Source: a virus
Direction: 5' to 3' (one strand)
UHGV virus genome: UHGV-0093367
DNA: 64,000 bases
Shown here: positions 28,806 to 37,684 of the stretch, piece after piece
How the letters are laid out: each line of letters opens with the position of its first letter
Position numbering within the stretch: position 1 is the stretch's first letter
The notes under the pieces: generated by a model
What the model was told of the DNA's origin: nothing
Seen by the model: the letters and a program-made list of their open reading frames with translations, nothing else
Databases searched by the model: none
Position numbers and translations under genes: made by a program

Positions 28806-29039
28806 TCATACATTCACCATAAACTCTTTCTTGCAGTTGCTACCCTTGCATTTGTACGGCATCCGATAAATCTTTGTGGTCGGTAGAATCTTTAAGGCTT
28901 TCTTTCCACAAAACGGACAAATCACCCACTTTGTACCATTTTCCATTTTAATTTGTGCTGTTCCGTCCCATGGTTCGGGTATATTCATATATTCAGAGAA
29001 GTCTACTCCTTCTGATTCAAGTGCTGTTTTAATGCTCAT
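28806..29039 (-). CDS. Zinc-ribbon protein
   Basis: CPFCGK..CKGSNCKKEF. Confidence 0.6.
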   Translation of the reverse strand: MSIKTALESEGVDFSEYMNIPEPWDGTAQIKMENGTKWVICPFCGKKALKILPTTKIYRMPYKCKGSNCKKEFMVNV

Positions 29040-29421
29040 TTACCGTTGTCCTTTCTGATCAATGTCAAAATCGTCAAATAGTTGTCCCCGATGTAATCTG
29101 CTTTCCATGTTTTAGAAAGATTTGCCGTTTGGTTGTATATTACGGTCGTATTCCCTGCCAGAAGCAAGCGTCTGTCTGGATAGAACCTAGTCGGAATGTT
29201 CATTCGGTGGCATTCTCCCTCGATATTGTATGTGGTGTCAAGAAAATCAATGTCTGAGCCTGAATAAACCAGCAACATATTACTTACCCCATGGACATTC
29301 TTCGAATACAGCTTTTTTATATTCATCTGGATGTTCTTTTGCGAATTTAATAATATCTTCACATTGGCTTTGCTTTAACTGCTTTTCCCATTCTAAACGA
29401 TTGTCTTTTTCTTTTTTCATA

Positions 29422-29751
29422 TCACTTAATCCCATGAATCTTTCTCAGATTCGCATATCGGTCAACAAGTACGTCCAACGTAGTCTGAAGCTGATTAATC
29501 GTGATGCAATCGGACTGGTGCCGTTCACTGTACCATTGTTTACTGTGCTCCGTATCAGATTGAGAAGATATCAGTGGTGATTGCGTCTCCCAAACGCCTT
29601 TTATAACTTCTCTGGTTTGCAACTCATTTGTATATGCCATAACAGTCAAATTGGCTTTTTCGAGTTTTTCTTCAAGTTCTTTGTTTTTTGCTGCAAGTCT
29701 TTTATTTTCCTTTTCCAATTCCAAAATTTTTTTGCTTTCAACACCGCTCAC
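29422..29751 (-). CDS. Coiled-coil hypothetical protein
   Basis: 109 aa in an operon, RHQSDCITINQL. Confidence 0.5.
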   Translation of the reverse strand: MSGVESKKILELEKENKRLAAKNKELEEKLEKANLTVMAYTNELQTREVIKGVWETQSPLISSQSDTEHSKQWYSERHQSDCITINQLQTTLDVLVDRYANLRKIHGIK

Positions 29752-29766
29752 CTGAAATTCCTCCCA

Positions 29767-30006
29767 CTAAATTTTTGTAAAATTTTCCATGTCGTAGTTA
29801 TCTCTGATATAATCTGCACATTCAGACAGTTTTTCCTTTAAGAACGGGTCGTTTGCAATGTCTGGATGTATTGAATATAGTGTGCAACTATCTTTTTTGC
29901 CGTCTTTCTGAAATTTCTTCCAGTCAAATGTCATTACGAACAACGGAATTGCTTTGAGATTTTTGGTTTTGTATCTTATGTAGAGATTAAATATCTTTTT
30001 AAACAC
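29767..30006 (-). CDS. Hypothetical protein
   Basis: 79 aa in an operon. Confidence 0.45.
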   Translation of the reverse strand: MFKKIFNLYIRYKTKNLKAIPLFVMTFDWKKFQKDGKKDSCTLYSIHPDIANDPFLKEKLSECADYIRDNYDMENFTKI

Positions 30007-30020
30007 AAATACATCCCCCC

Positions 30021-30230
30021 CTATCTGGTCGAACTTAAAATGATTTTATTCTTACACTGCGGGCAAATAATGTATTTTCGCTTGTACCCGAATCCAGATG
30101 GCATATTTGTAGCGAAATGCTTCTCTATGTTTTCTTCTTTCACATCTTCGGATTCGTCATAGCTCAATACTGCACCGCATTTTTCACAAGTTGCTTCTTT
30201 TAATGTGCCGGGTTTCAAAATCTTAATCAT
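30021..30230 (-). CDS. Zinc-ribbon protein
   Basis: CEKCGAVLSY..ICPQC. Confidence 0.6.
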   Translation of the reverse strand: MIKILKPGTLKEATCEKCGAVLSYDESEDVKEENIEKHFATNMPSGFGYKRKYIICPQCKNKIILSSTR

Positions 30231-30701
30231 TTCTCTCTTTCCTCCCTATGCTTCATCTGGCATTCAATCATCTTTGCTATATTCTCACGTTCCTGCTTTA
30301 TTCCATGTCCCTGACGGAACAACTCACATTCAAGGATATTTCCGCATCTGGAACACTCGTCTTTGATTTCTTTTCCTGCTATTTGCATTTCTTCTCCCTT
30401 GTTGGACGGATAATTAATCCATAATATTGTCCACGATCAAAATAATCTGTTGCTGTTTCGATACAGCGTGTTCTTAATTGTTCGTAAGCGTTTTTATAAA
30501 ATTTCAAATCAGACATTATTTTGTTAATTGATTCATAATCTAGGTTCTCCCAGCATTCGCAGCTATCATTAAAGAATCTAAAGTCTGCGTAATATTCACT
30601 TTTGCCATTACAGCAGACACCTTCGCATACTGCGTACCATTTACACGCGCAACAACATTTATATCCTTTTGTGTCCATATACATCTCCTTAATTAAAAAA
30701 G

Positions 30702-30751
30702 TCCAGTGTGCCGACTTGAACGGCATAAATCTCCCAACGAGAAGCACTGGA
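30702..30751 (-). ncRNA. tRNA-like minihelix (acceptor stem plus T arm)
   Basis: TCCAGTG/CACTGGA stem enclosing TGCCG-TTCAAGT-CGGCA. No normal D or anticodon arm. Confidence 0.4.
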
Positions 30752-30800
30752 ACCGAACGAAGTAAGAGAAAAAGATTCCAATGATTGCAGTTCATTGGAA

Positions 30801-30872
30801 TTGGAAAGGCAGGAATCGAACCTGCGGCACATAGCTTGCAATGCCATTGCTCTACCACTGAGCTACATTCCA
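30801..30872 (-). tRNA. Atypical or degenerate tRNA, anticodon TGC (Ala-like)
   Basis: Cloverleaf TGGAATG TA GCTC AGTGGTA GAGC..ATGGC ATTGCAA GCTAT..GCAGG TTCGATT CCTGC CTTTCCA. It has a U.U acceptor mismatch, A32 and no G3.U70. Confidence 0.6.
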
Positions 30873-31163
30873 TACCGCCTGTAACGGACAGCCATCTGAA
30901 AAGAAACTGAGTTGATTCCCACATCACATGCTTTCGGACCGAATGAAAATATCCAGATAAGCATTAACCTTTCCATCGTAAAACGCATAAACTAGATGGT
31001 TCTTTCAGAATTGCCGACTATCACTTCTCACGGCCCGTGGTCTCATCTCTCTAAAAAGTTTTTTACGCAAACGCCTAGTGAGTTGTACGTTTACGCTCAT
31101 GCGTAAATCCGCCTGAGACATAGACCACTTGTATACAAACAGCTTAACTCTAAGCGGATTAAA

Positions 31164-31232
31164 GCGGAACGCCCGGAATCGAACCGGAGACCAGAGCGCG
31201 ACTCTGTCAGTTTTCCACTAGCGTACATTCCA
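31164..31232 (-). pseudogene. Pseudo-tRNA
   Basis: Intact T arm (TCCGG TTCGATT CCGGG) and acceptor stem, broken D stem, 5-nt anticodon loop TCGCG. Confidence 0.55.
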
Positions 31233-31609
31233 CATAACCCGGAAGCCCCGGGTTAGCAATATGTTTATCGTGTTATGCTTTCCACTAGGCAATTTCCCAT
31301 AACTTGGACTATCGTATTTTTGCCAACCTGACGGCTTTTTGATAACCGTGGTATGCTCCACGGAGTTGTTTCGGATTTGGATATTCATGTCATTGTGTAT
31401 AACGACGAAACCTTTTATATGTCTCTTGAAAACTTCCTGTCCTCAACGTGCACCTATTGACGACAATTTAACTCGGAGACTGTGCAGAACGGGGAATTAT
31501 CTTCATCGAACAGGCTGTGCCGTTACACACCTTTCATAAAAATAATCCGCATACACTCATTCAACAGTTTTTTCTGCCTATAAAACGGATAGACAGCATA
31601 TGGAAGAAA

Positions 31610-31682
31610 TGGAAACTACAGGGCTCGAACCTGTGACTTGTCGGTTATGAGCCGACCGTTCTGCCAACTGAACTAAGTTTCC
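31610..31682 (-). tRNA. tRNA with CAT anticodon (Met or Ile2)
   Basis: GGAAACT/AGTTTCC acceptor; GTCGG CTCATAA CCGAC anticodon arm; GGTTCGAGCC T arm. CCA not encoded. Confidence 0.88.
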
Positions 31683-31884
31683 TAAGCAGAGGGTTATTTC
31701 AGTTCAAGAGTAACTTCCTCTGCTGTTGCGATTCTTGCCCTCGCAGTCGCAACAAAGGGTCTAAATGCTGTTCTGCATAAGCAGAGTCCATCCGGGGCAT
31801 TTGAAGCCCCTTTAATCATCCCCGTTGGGATAGATGGAACCAATTCGGAGGGGAACTATATCATGGCTAAACAATATAGTTCGA

Positions 31885-31956
31885 CTGGGCTAGTGGGATT
31901 CGAACCCGCGAATACAGCAGTCAAAGTGCTGTTCCTTACCGCTTGGAGATAGCCCA
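31885..31956 (-). tRNA. tRNA-Gln(TTG)
   Basis: TGGGCTA/TAGCCCA acceptor; CAGCA CTTTGAC TGCTG anticodon arm; GGTTCGAATCC. CCA not encoded. Confidence 0.9.
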
Positions 31957-32438
31957 TTATTTGTCCGGGTAACACCCCGGACTCGTGATAGAGTGATATA
32001 TTTTATAAGATTTTAGAAAGCATCATGTCTATATTTGTACCGTTAAGTCCGCGCCAGTTACTTTGCAATGGGCGGGAAAAGTTATTCTCCATTGAGTTTC
32101 ACTGACGCAGACCTAAGCTACTCTGGATGCCTCGACCTGTCAGATTCAAAGGCTTTCCCAGACCTGAGAACGACAGGCTTCTGATTTTCTTGTATTTTCA
32201 CCCGTTCAATCAGTATGGTGAACAGGGGAATTTGTATTGTGAATGCTAACCACATTGGGTTCTCCTTATAACCTAAAAATCACAACTGCATTAACCACAA
32301 AACATATTTCCATCAGTATAAATACTGCCGATGCTATTGGATTGTTTTTCTTTTCGGTTTCGTCCTGTGATATAAGAAATGCTAAAACCAATGTGAAAAA
32401 TGCAATATCTAACATGGCTGCTACGAATTTTGCAAGAA

Positions 32439-32843
32439 TCATTCTTTTTGTTCCTCTCCGATCATAAAATCAAGAATCTTACCGGCGGTTTCGTCTTCTG
32501 GCTCGAATGGCAGGCCGCATGTGCAGTACTTCTCAATCGCTGTTTTAAGGCTTGCTTTGAAACCATTGTAAACTTCTCCATGTGTAAGAAGTTCGTGTCT
32601 CAGGATTCTTACTGCGTCCTCTATGGACTGTGGTGTGTATGAGAATTTTACTTCGGATTCCATTTCAATATCCGGCAGAGCCATTAATTCAAAAAACGAT
32701 GTCGGCAATTCATCAACTGCGACATGAAAATCTGCTGATATTACACAATTGATTTCTGTTCCGTCAACAAAATATTGTGTTCCCTTCCAGCCAGAGCCTT
32801 CTGGATTTATGATCTTTACTTTTGGAGCATTAGTACTGTTCAT
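32439..32843 (-). CDS. Hypothetical protein
   Basis: 134 aa, overlaps the upstream gene. Confidence 0.5.
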   Translation of the reverse strand: MNSTNAPKVKIINPEGSGWKGTQYFVDGTEINCVISADFHVAVDELPTSFFELMALPDIEMESEVKFSYTPQSIEDAVRILRHELLTHGEVYNGFKASLKTAIEKYCTCGLPFEPEDETAGKILDFMIGEEQKE

Positions 32844-33150
32844 TCTTCAAGTCCTCCATTTCCTTTACGCTGATTCCGACTATCCCAGCACTATCCTTGC
32901 TGTCTGTAGCTTTGAAGTGTGCTTTAGGATGCTGTGGGTACATAAACTCGAACATGAGGTAATTTGCTGCATCCACGAGATATTCTGTATTGCCGGTAGA
33001 ATTATATTTCTCAATGCACCGTTCCATAGACGGAAGTGCCTGCACGTTCCCTGTCTTATAATTCTTTCTGGCAGGTCCGTATTTATGATAGCTTACCTCG
33101 ACTCGGTTCTTTCGAAGTTCATCGAAGCGTTCACTGTATTCTTCTGTCAT
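32830..33150 (-). CDS. Conserved phage protein (all-alpha, EYLVDAANYLM motif)
   Basis: The motif resembles MazG-like nucleotide pyrophosphatases; uncertain. Confidence 0.45.
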   Translation of the reverse strand: MTEEYSERFDELRKNRVEVSYHKYGPARKNYKTGNVQALPSMERCIEKYNSTGNTEYLVDAANYLMFEFMYPQHPKAHFKATDSKDSAGIVGISVKEMEDLKNEQY

Positions 33151-33557
33151 GCTTCTTCTACCTCTCCGAAATATTTCTCATATAATTCAATATTTGTCTT
33201 GCCTATCGCTCTCTTTATTACTTCTGGTGGCTCAGGCTTTAAATTGTGGTAAACAATATTCAGCTCATGTACAATTACATCGTCTTTTTTTACTTCGTAG
33301 GTTTCTGCGTATGCAGTTGCCGAGAAAAAGTTTCCTTTCGGTGTAACAAAGTATACTTTCGCAGTTGCGCATCTGATATTGTTGAATACGAAAGGTTCTT
33401 GAACAATAAATTCAGCCGTTTCAGTCTTGTAGAGTTTGCCGTCAGAAGATATCTCAATTGCGTGAGCAATATTGATTTCTTCTTTAACCTTCATCGGAAT
33501 TTCTTCCTGCTTGGGAACCTCTTTTTTATTTTTGAAGAATTTTTCGAGTATTGACAT
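33147..33557 (-). CDS. Hypothetical protein
   Basis: 136 aa, GKLYKTETA..YFVTPKGNFF..YEKYFGEVEEA. Confidence 0.5.
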   Translation of the reverse strand: MSILEKFFKNKKEVPKQEEIPMKVKEEINIAHAIEISSDGKLYKTETAEFIVQEPFVFNNIRCATAKVYFVTPKGNFFSATAYAETYEVKKDDVIVHELNIVYHNLKPEPPEVIKRAIGKTNIELYEKYFGEVEEA

Positions 33558-33561
33558 TTGC

Positions 33562-33711
33562 TTACCTCTTTCGGAAATATTGTTCCAATGCTTCTCGGGT
33601 GATCTGTGATACGCTTTTGCCGGTTCGGTCCTTTTCGGCTATGAGCTTTCGTTCTAGCTGTCCTGTGAGCCGGATTCTGATTGATTCGCCCTGAGGGTTA
33701 TTCTTTTTCAT
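33562..33711 (-). CDS. CopG/RHH DNA-binding protein
   Basis: 49 aa, SIRIRLTGQLERKL..TGKSVSQITREALEQYF. Not in the ORF track. Confidence 0.65.
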   Translation of the reverse strand: MKKNNPQGESIRIRLTGQLERKLIAEKDRTGKSVSQITREALEQYFRKR

Positions 33712-33944
33712 GGGCGGTGTCCATCTTTACTGAAAGAATTGGTTTGTCATCAGTTTTTGCCAAAAGTGTAATCCCTTCGCCTTCTTTCCAAGGTGATGTA
33801 GCTATCTGAATATTAGAAACACCAGTTTCGCTACAGATATTCAGCAACTGTCTAGCAATATCCATCAGCCCTGACCGAAGGTATCCATCGTTGTTTACTA
33901 TTTTCTCCATCTTGTTCCTACCCTTCTGTGAATGTAAATGGTTA

Positions 33945-34334
33945 TCATAAATCATTTATTGCTTTTAATTTCTGATTAGCAATTTCAACCTGAGAAGCAA
34001 GCACGCTAAGCGACACATCTCTTATAAATGATTCTTCTAACGTCATGTTTTCTCTCTGAAACAACATCGGAGCTGTAAGCACATAAATTTCAATATTCAA
34101 ATCACGGAGTCGTCTCCATGTTTCTTCGATTTCATCCTTGGTATTTCCAATATCATCAACTCCGCAAATAATCAACGAATCACCATTTCTCATGTTTTCG
34201 CAAAGATGTTCAAAACTATTACTTTCATCTATTGAGTCAAAAGTAAATGTGTCAATTTCTTCATTCAAAAGTATCTTTTTCTTTTCAGACAATGGAAACC
34301 AAATGCCTGACTCTTTTGCATATCCTATCTTCAT
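33945..34334 (-). CDS. Resolvase catalytic-domain homologue, apparently inactive
   Basis: MKIGYAKES..MRNGDSLIICGVDDIGN..LRDLNIEIYVL matches the serine recombinase fold with the catalytic arginines replaced. No HTH. Confidence 0.65.
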   Translation of the reverse strand: MKIGYAKESGIWFPLSEKKKILLNEEIDTFTFDSIDESNSFEHLCENMRNGDSLIICGVDDIGNTKDEIEETWRRLRDLNIEIYVLTAPMLFQRENMTLEESFIRDVSLSVLASQVEIANQKLKAINDL

Positions 34335-34848
34335 ATTTATACCTGCCTTTCTGATATCGCCTTGTTGTTTATGGCAGAGAAACCATTAAGGCTTATGGCT
34401 TGTCGTGTTGCAATCACTATCTCTGCCATGGGGAACTCTTTTTTTGTTTTTTTTTGGAATTTTAAAGTCTTGCTGTTGGAGGAGACTTTTTTAATTTTTC
34501 GGGAACTCGGAGTACTCACTCGGCGTGTGTTGGGGCTTATATACACCCCCTCCCCGGTATCCATGCCGGACGCTACCAGGGAAGCCCGCCGCCCCATGGG
34601 TTCCCGCTTCCCTGGTTTAACGCTGACCTTTAATGGCCTGCGGCAGTGGTCAAGGGAATGTGTGATAACGGTTATTTAGCCAGAACATATGTATCTATGG
34701 AACAAACTTCAGTTTTCTTTATAGATTGGTGTACATATTGAACAAATACAATTGTTTTATATTGTACATATCATACAATTTACACTATTTAAGCTGTTTC
34801 TATGCTCTTTTGTCCGTCCTCTGCGTACTTCTTCGGGTCTCTGATCTG

Positions 34849-35457
34849 TTACAGCTCCGGTTTTTCCATCTCTGGAAGTTCCAGCGCCGCCCTGTGCTTA
34901 TCTGCGATCTGCTGTGCTGTCTGGTGTGGTATGCCGTCCTGCTGTGCTGTCTGCACTGGTGCTGTCTCTGCCATGCCGTAAGCTGCTTTTGCAACAAAAA
35001 TCAAGTTGGCATTTGTGCCGGGCTGGTTGTTCAATCTATTGACTGTACAATTCTTGCAGATATCGAACCATTTTTTAACCGTGGTGCCATGCGATGAGCT
35101 TGTTCTATAGTCCCCACGCATCCAATCACTAAATGTTGACCGATTAATATTAACTAAAAAGCTAAATACTTCTAACGTCGGCAATACATTGTATTTGCTA
35201 CATATTCTGACAAATATATTAAATATATTATCTAATAACTCTATATCATCATTACTTGGTTTTGGTATTCTATCAGCAATATAAAAAATCATATCAACAA
35301 AACTATCAGCAACAGTAAATTTATATTCTCTCTGTGTATCAAATTCTTCTGGAGTTACTTGTAACACAGTGTTTATATATTCATCCACAAGCCTGTATAT
35401 ATCATTCTCATATACTTCTATTCCCTGTTCTGTCACTGTTGTATTACTCTTTTTCAC
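34849..35457 (-). CDS. terS: Terminase small subunit (P22 gp3-like)
   Basis: LPTLEVFSFLVNINRSTFSDW HTH and LIFVAKAAYGMAE; GTG start after GGAGGTG. Confidence 0.7.
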   Translation of the reverse strand: MKKSNTTVTEQGIEVYENDIYRLVDEYINTVLQVTPEEFDTQREYKFTVADSFVDMIFYIADRIPKPSNDDIELLDNIFNIFVRICSKYNVLPTLEVFSFLVNINRSTFSDWMRGDYRTSSSHGTTVKKWFDICKNCTVNRLNNQPGTNANLIFVAKAAYGMAETAPVQTAQQDGIPHQTAQQIADKHRAALELPEMEKPEL

Positions 35458-36097
35458 TGTATCACCTCCAAAAATTGAAATAAAAAAAGACGACAAAAAC
35501 ACGTTCGCAGATACAATCCGGGACCTTTCTAAATCCCTTTCTTCTTTCCGATCTGCTCGGTTTTAATCGTCTTAAATAGTCTTATTATTCTTATTGCCTT
35601 TCGGCTTATTCAGTTGTTAATTCTGTTTTATCATACTTTTATATCACTGTCAACAGTCTATTTAATTTTATTTTTACCGTTACATTACTCTTATTAACTC
35701 TATATATCTATACGGTACTGTATAGCATATATATTAATAAACTCTAGGTTTCTAGAATCTTGGAGGGGATTATATAGACAGTTATTATATATTTATACAT
35801 CTTGTAATACGGTCATTTTCCGGCATATAGCGCGCAAAAAGCCAGACCTTCCGGCACCTTGTCCGGCGTGATCTGGCTGCTAAATTCTTATTCTTTTCGC
35901 GCTCTGGCTGTCGCCCCCTCCTGAGTTCCTTCGCCTGTCGTTATTTTTATTTTATCCACACCGGTTTTAAAAATCAAGTCCCAAAATAAAAAAAATTTTT
36001 GCTTGACAACTTCGGCGGTTTTGTGATAAATGTATTTTAACAACTTCGGCGGCGGGGTTGTTCCCCCTCACTCATTACGCCGCCAGAATAAGACATC

Positions 36098-36133
36098 AAA
36101 AGCCCCCGGGATTATCTCTCAGGGGCTTATTTT
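36098..36133. terminator. Bidirectional terminator
   Basis: AAAAGCCCC..GGGGCTTATTTT. Confidence 0.65.
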
Positions 36134-36229
36134 GCGTCTTTCCACTATGGAACTATTAAAGTTTGCACTTATTCAGTACTATTTCAAATTTACATTCAAT
36201 TACCTCGGTAATTGTTGCCTAAATAATAC
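36133..36229 (-). CRISPR. Candidate degenerate mini-array (repeat-like, 25 nt spacer, repeat-like)
   Basis: Hairpin CAATTACC-GA-GGTAATTG, then A-ATGTAAAT, spacer TTGAAATAGTACTGAATAAGTGCAA, then ACTTTAATAGTTCCATAGTGGAA. Both halves resemble clostridial type I-B repeats as I recall them. Confidence 0.55.
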
Positions 36230-36235
36230 TATAGA

Positions 36236-36925
36236 TCAGATGAAAAAGCAAGGATTGTTTAAATTATCACAATCTGTAATTACTTTCATTCCTCTATCTA
36301 AATATTTTACTCGAATATCATTAAATCTTCGCTTTCCATTGTTGATCGCATAATCTTTGTGAACTGTGTAAACAGTTCCGGGCGTTTCTGCCGTAGCCGG
36401 TGCATAAGTGCACATGTCAAGTGTCATTTCCTGCGCTGGCAAAACATCAACAATCTGTACATTGTCAATTCTTATCAAGTCCTCATGCCGTCCCAGACTT
36501 GGAAATGTCCGGGGATTTAAGATTTTCCTGTAAATTACGTCAACTTCTTCCTGATTATTTGACATAATATGCAGCCGCAGGTCCAGATCAGACACAGCAC
36601 TTTCATAAATTGGCGTATTAACCCAGCCTACAAACGAATCCCCGGATTTTACTCTGACCGGAAAGCGCTGCTTAAACTCCTCTGTCTCTGATCCTGCGAC
36701 AGCTCCACCACGCCACCTCATGCAGATTTCCGGCTTGTTCATGACTCCGTTTCCGGCTACGGATATTTTCATATCATGCCAACTGTCCCACCTGCAAAGA
36801 AAATGGACCATCCCAGCGACTGTAGAAAAAGGCGGAAGCGGGTATGTTTCGCCCCGCTTGCCATTCCATCCCGGTATTGAAAACCGGGCGGTGTCCATAT
36901 GCCCTTGTATCATTACTGCTTTCAT
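36236..36925 (-). CDS. cas5: Orphan Cas5 (type I-B-like), candidate anti-CRISPR
   Basis: N-terminal TARFSIP..ETYPLPPFSTVAGMVH and C-terminal FPSLGRHEDL Cas5 motifs. No other cas gene is recognisable in the window. Confidence 0.85.
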   Translation of the reverse strand: MKAVMIQGHMDTARFSIPGWNGKRGETYPLPPFSTVAGMVHFLCRWDSWHDMKISVAGNGVMNKPEICMRWRGGAVAGSETEEFKQRFPVRVKSGDSFVGWVNTPIYESAVSDLDLRLHIMSNNQEEVDVIYRKILNPRTFPSLGRHEDLIRIDNVQIVDVLPAQEMTLDMCTYAPATAETPGTVYTVHKDYAINNGKRRFNDIRVKYLDRGMKVITDCDNLNNPCFFI

Positions 36926-37116
36926 GCATTCATTTCCTTGTCTGCTCGAAAACCTTCAAGAATATCATTGTATAAAATTTCTGGTATTTCTTCCTCCATG
37001 AGTGGCTTTCTTTCTTCAAGTTCTGAGTCGAGGCTTGCATCGATATCTGCAAGTGCCTGCTCTCTGCCGAATCCCATTGCCACAACTTCGTTTAATAAAT
37101 CAATTGTTTTCTTCAT
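36922..37116 (-). CDS. Small acidic protein, candidate anti-defence
   Basis: 64 aa, Asp/Glu-rich, coupled to cas5. Confidence 0.6.
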   Translation of the reverse strand: MKKTIDLLNEVVAMGFGREQALADIDASLDSELEERKPLMEEEIPEILYNDILEGFRADKEMNA

Positions 37117-37561
37117 TTCTCTTTTCCTCCCTTATCTGTTCTTCATATTTTTTTATGAGCCATTCCGGGACCGGTTCGCCTCCGTCATCACCCCTGTATT
37201 TGATCGGGTCAATATTGTTTGTGAAGCACCACTCCCAACTATTATACTCATCACCGTCTTTTGATACGATGTAGAATATATCGTATTCGCTGTCCACAAA
37301 TGCCATTGTATCTGTTGCGTTCATCGTATATAACATGATATACATGTTTCTCCTGTATGCGTACGCCATTTCTAGCGGAGAATCTTCGCCACTCAGAAAT
37401 CCCATGAACATTTCAACGTCGTATGAATCTTTCGATAATTTGTTATAATAATCGTAGACTTTTTCATCCCATCCGTCCGGGAAAAGTTTACGATTTTTTA
37501 TTTCCTCGTTATCTTCTTTAGCCATTTTGTAAATGGTTTCAAGTTTTACTCTCTTAATCAT
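37100..37561 (-). CDS. Acidic protein, candidate anti-defence
   Basis: 153 aa, Asp/Glu/Tyr-rich, GGAGG RBS. Confidence 0.6.
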   Translation of the reverse strand: MIKRVKLETIYKMAKEDNEEIKNRKLFPDGWDEKVYDYYNKLSKDSYDVEMFMGFLSGEDSPLEMAYAYRRNMYIMLYTMNATDTMAFVDSEYDIFYIVSKDGDEYNSWEWCFTNNIDPIKYRGDDGGEPVPEWLIKKYEEQIREEKRNEENN

Positions 37562-37684
37562 TTTCTTACCTCCGGTTTATTTCCAGTGCTTTACAATGTC
37601 CCCGTCATAATGATCCGGCGCGTCTTCATCTGGGTTGACACTTTCCAGAACGTAAAATTCCGTTCTGTGTTCCGACTTATTTTT

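Noticed and set aside
30379..30927. 182 aa ORF as listed in the track
   Set aside because: The N-terminal half overlaps tRNA-like elements. Only the part from MDTKGYKCC is a plausible gene.
183..35566. Numerous + strand ORFs in the track over the structural region, and similar ones at 44.5-63.2 kb
   Set aside because: They are antisense shadows of well-supported - strand genes, with no RBS or recognisable motifs.
36169..36182. Mini-array spacer matching the late-promoter repeat (13/14 nt, TTATTCAGTAnTAT, at ~8058 and ~24603)
   Set aside because: The match is short and AT-rich, and the first five (seed-side) spacer positions mismatch. Probably chance, though cheap to re-test in relatives.
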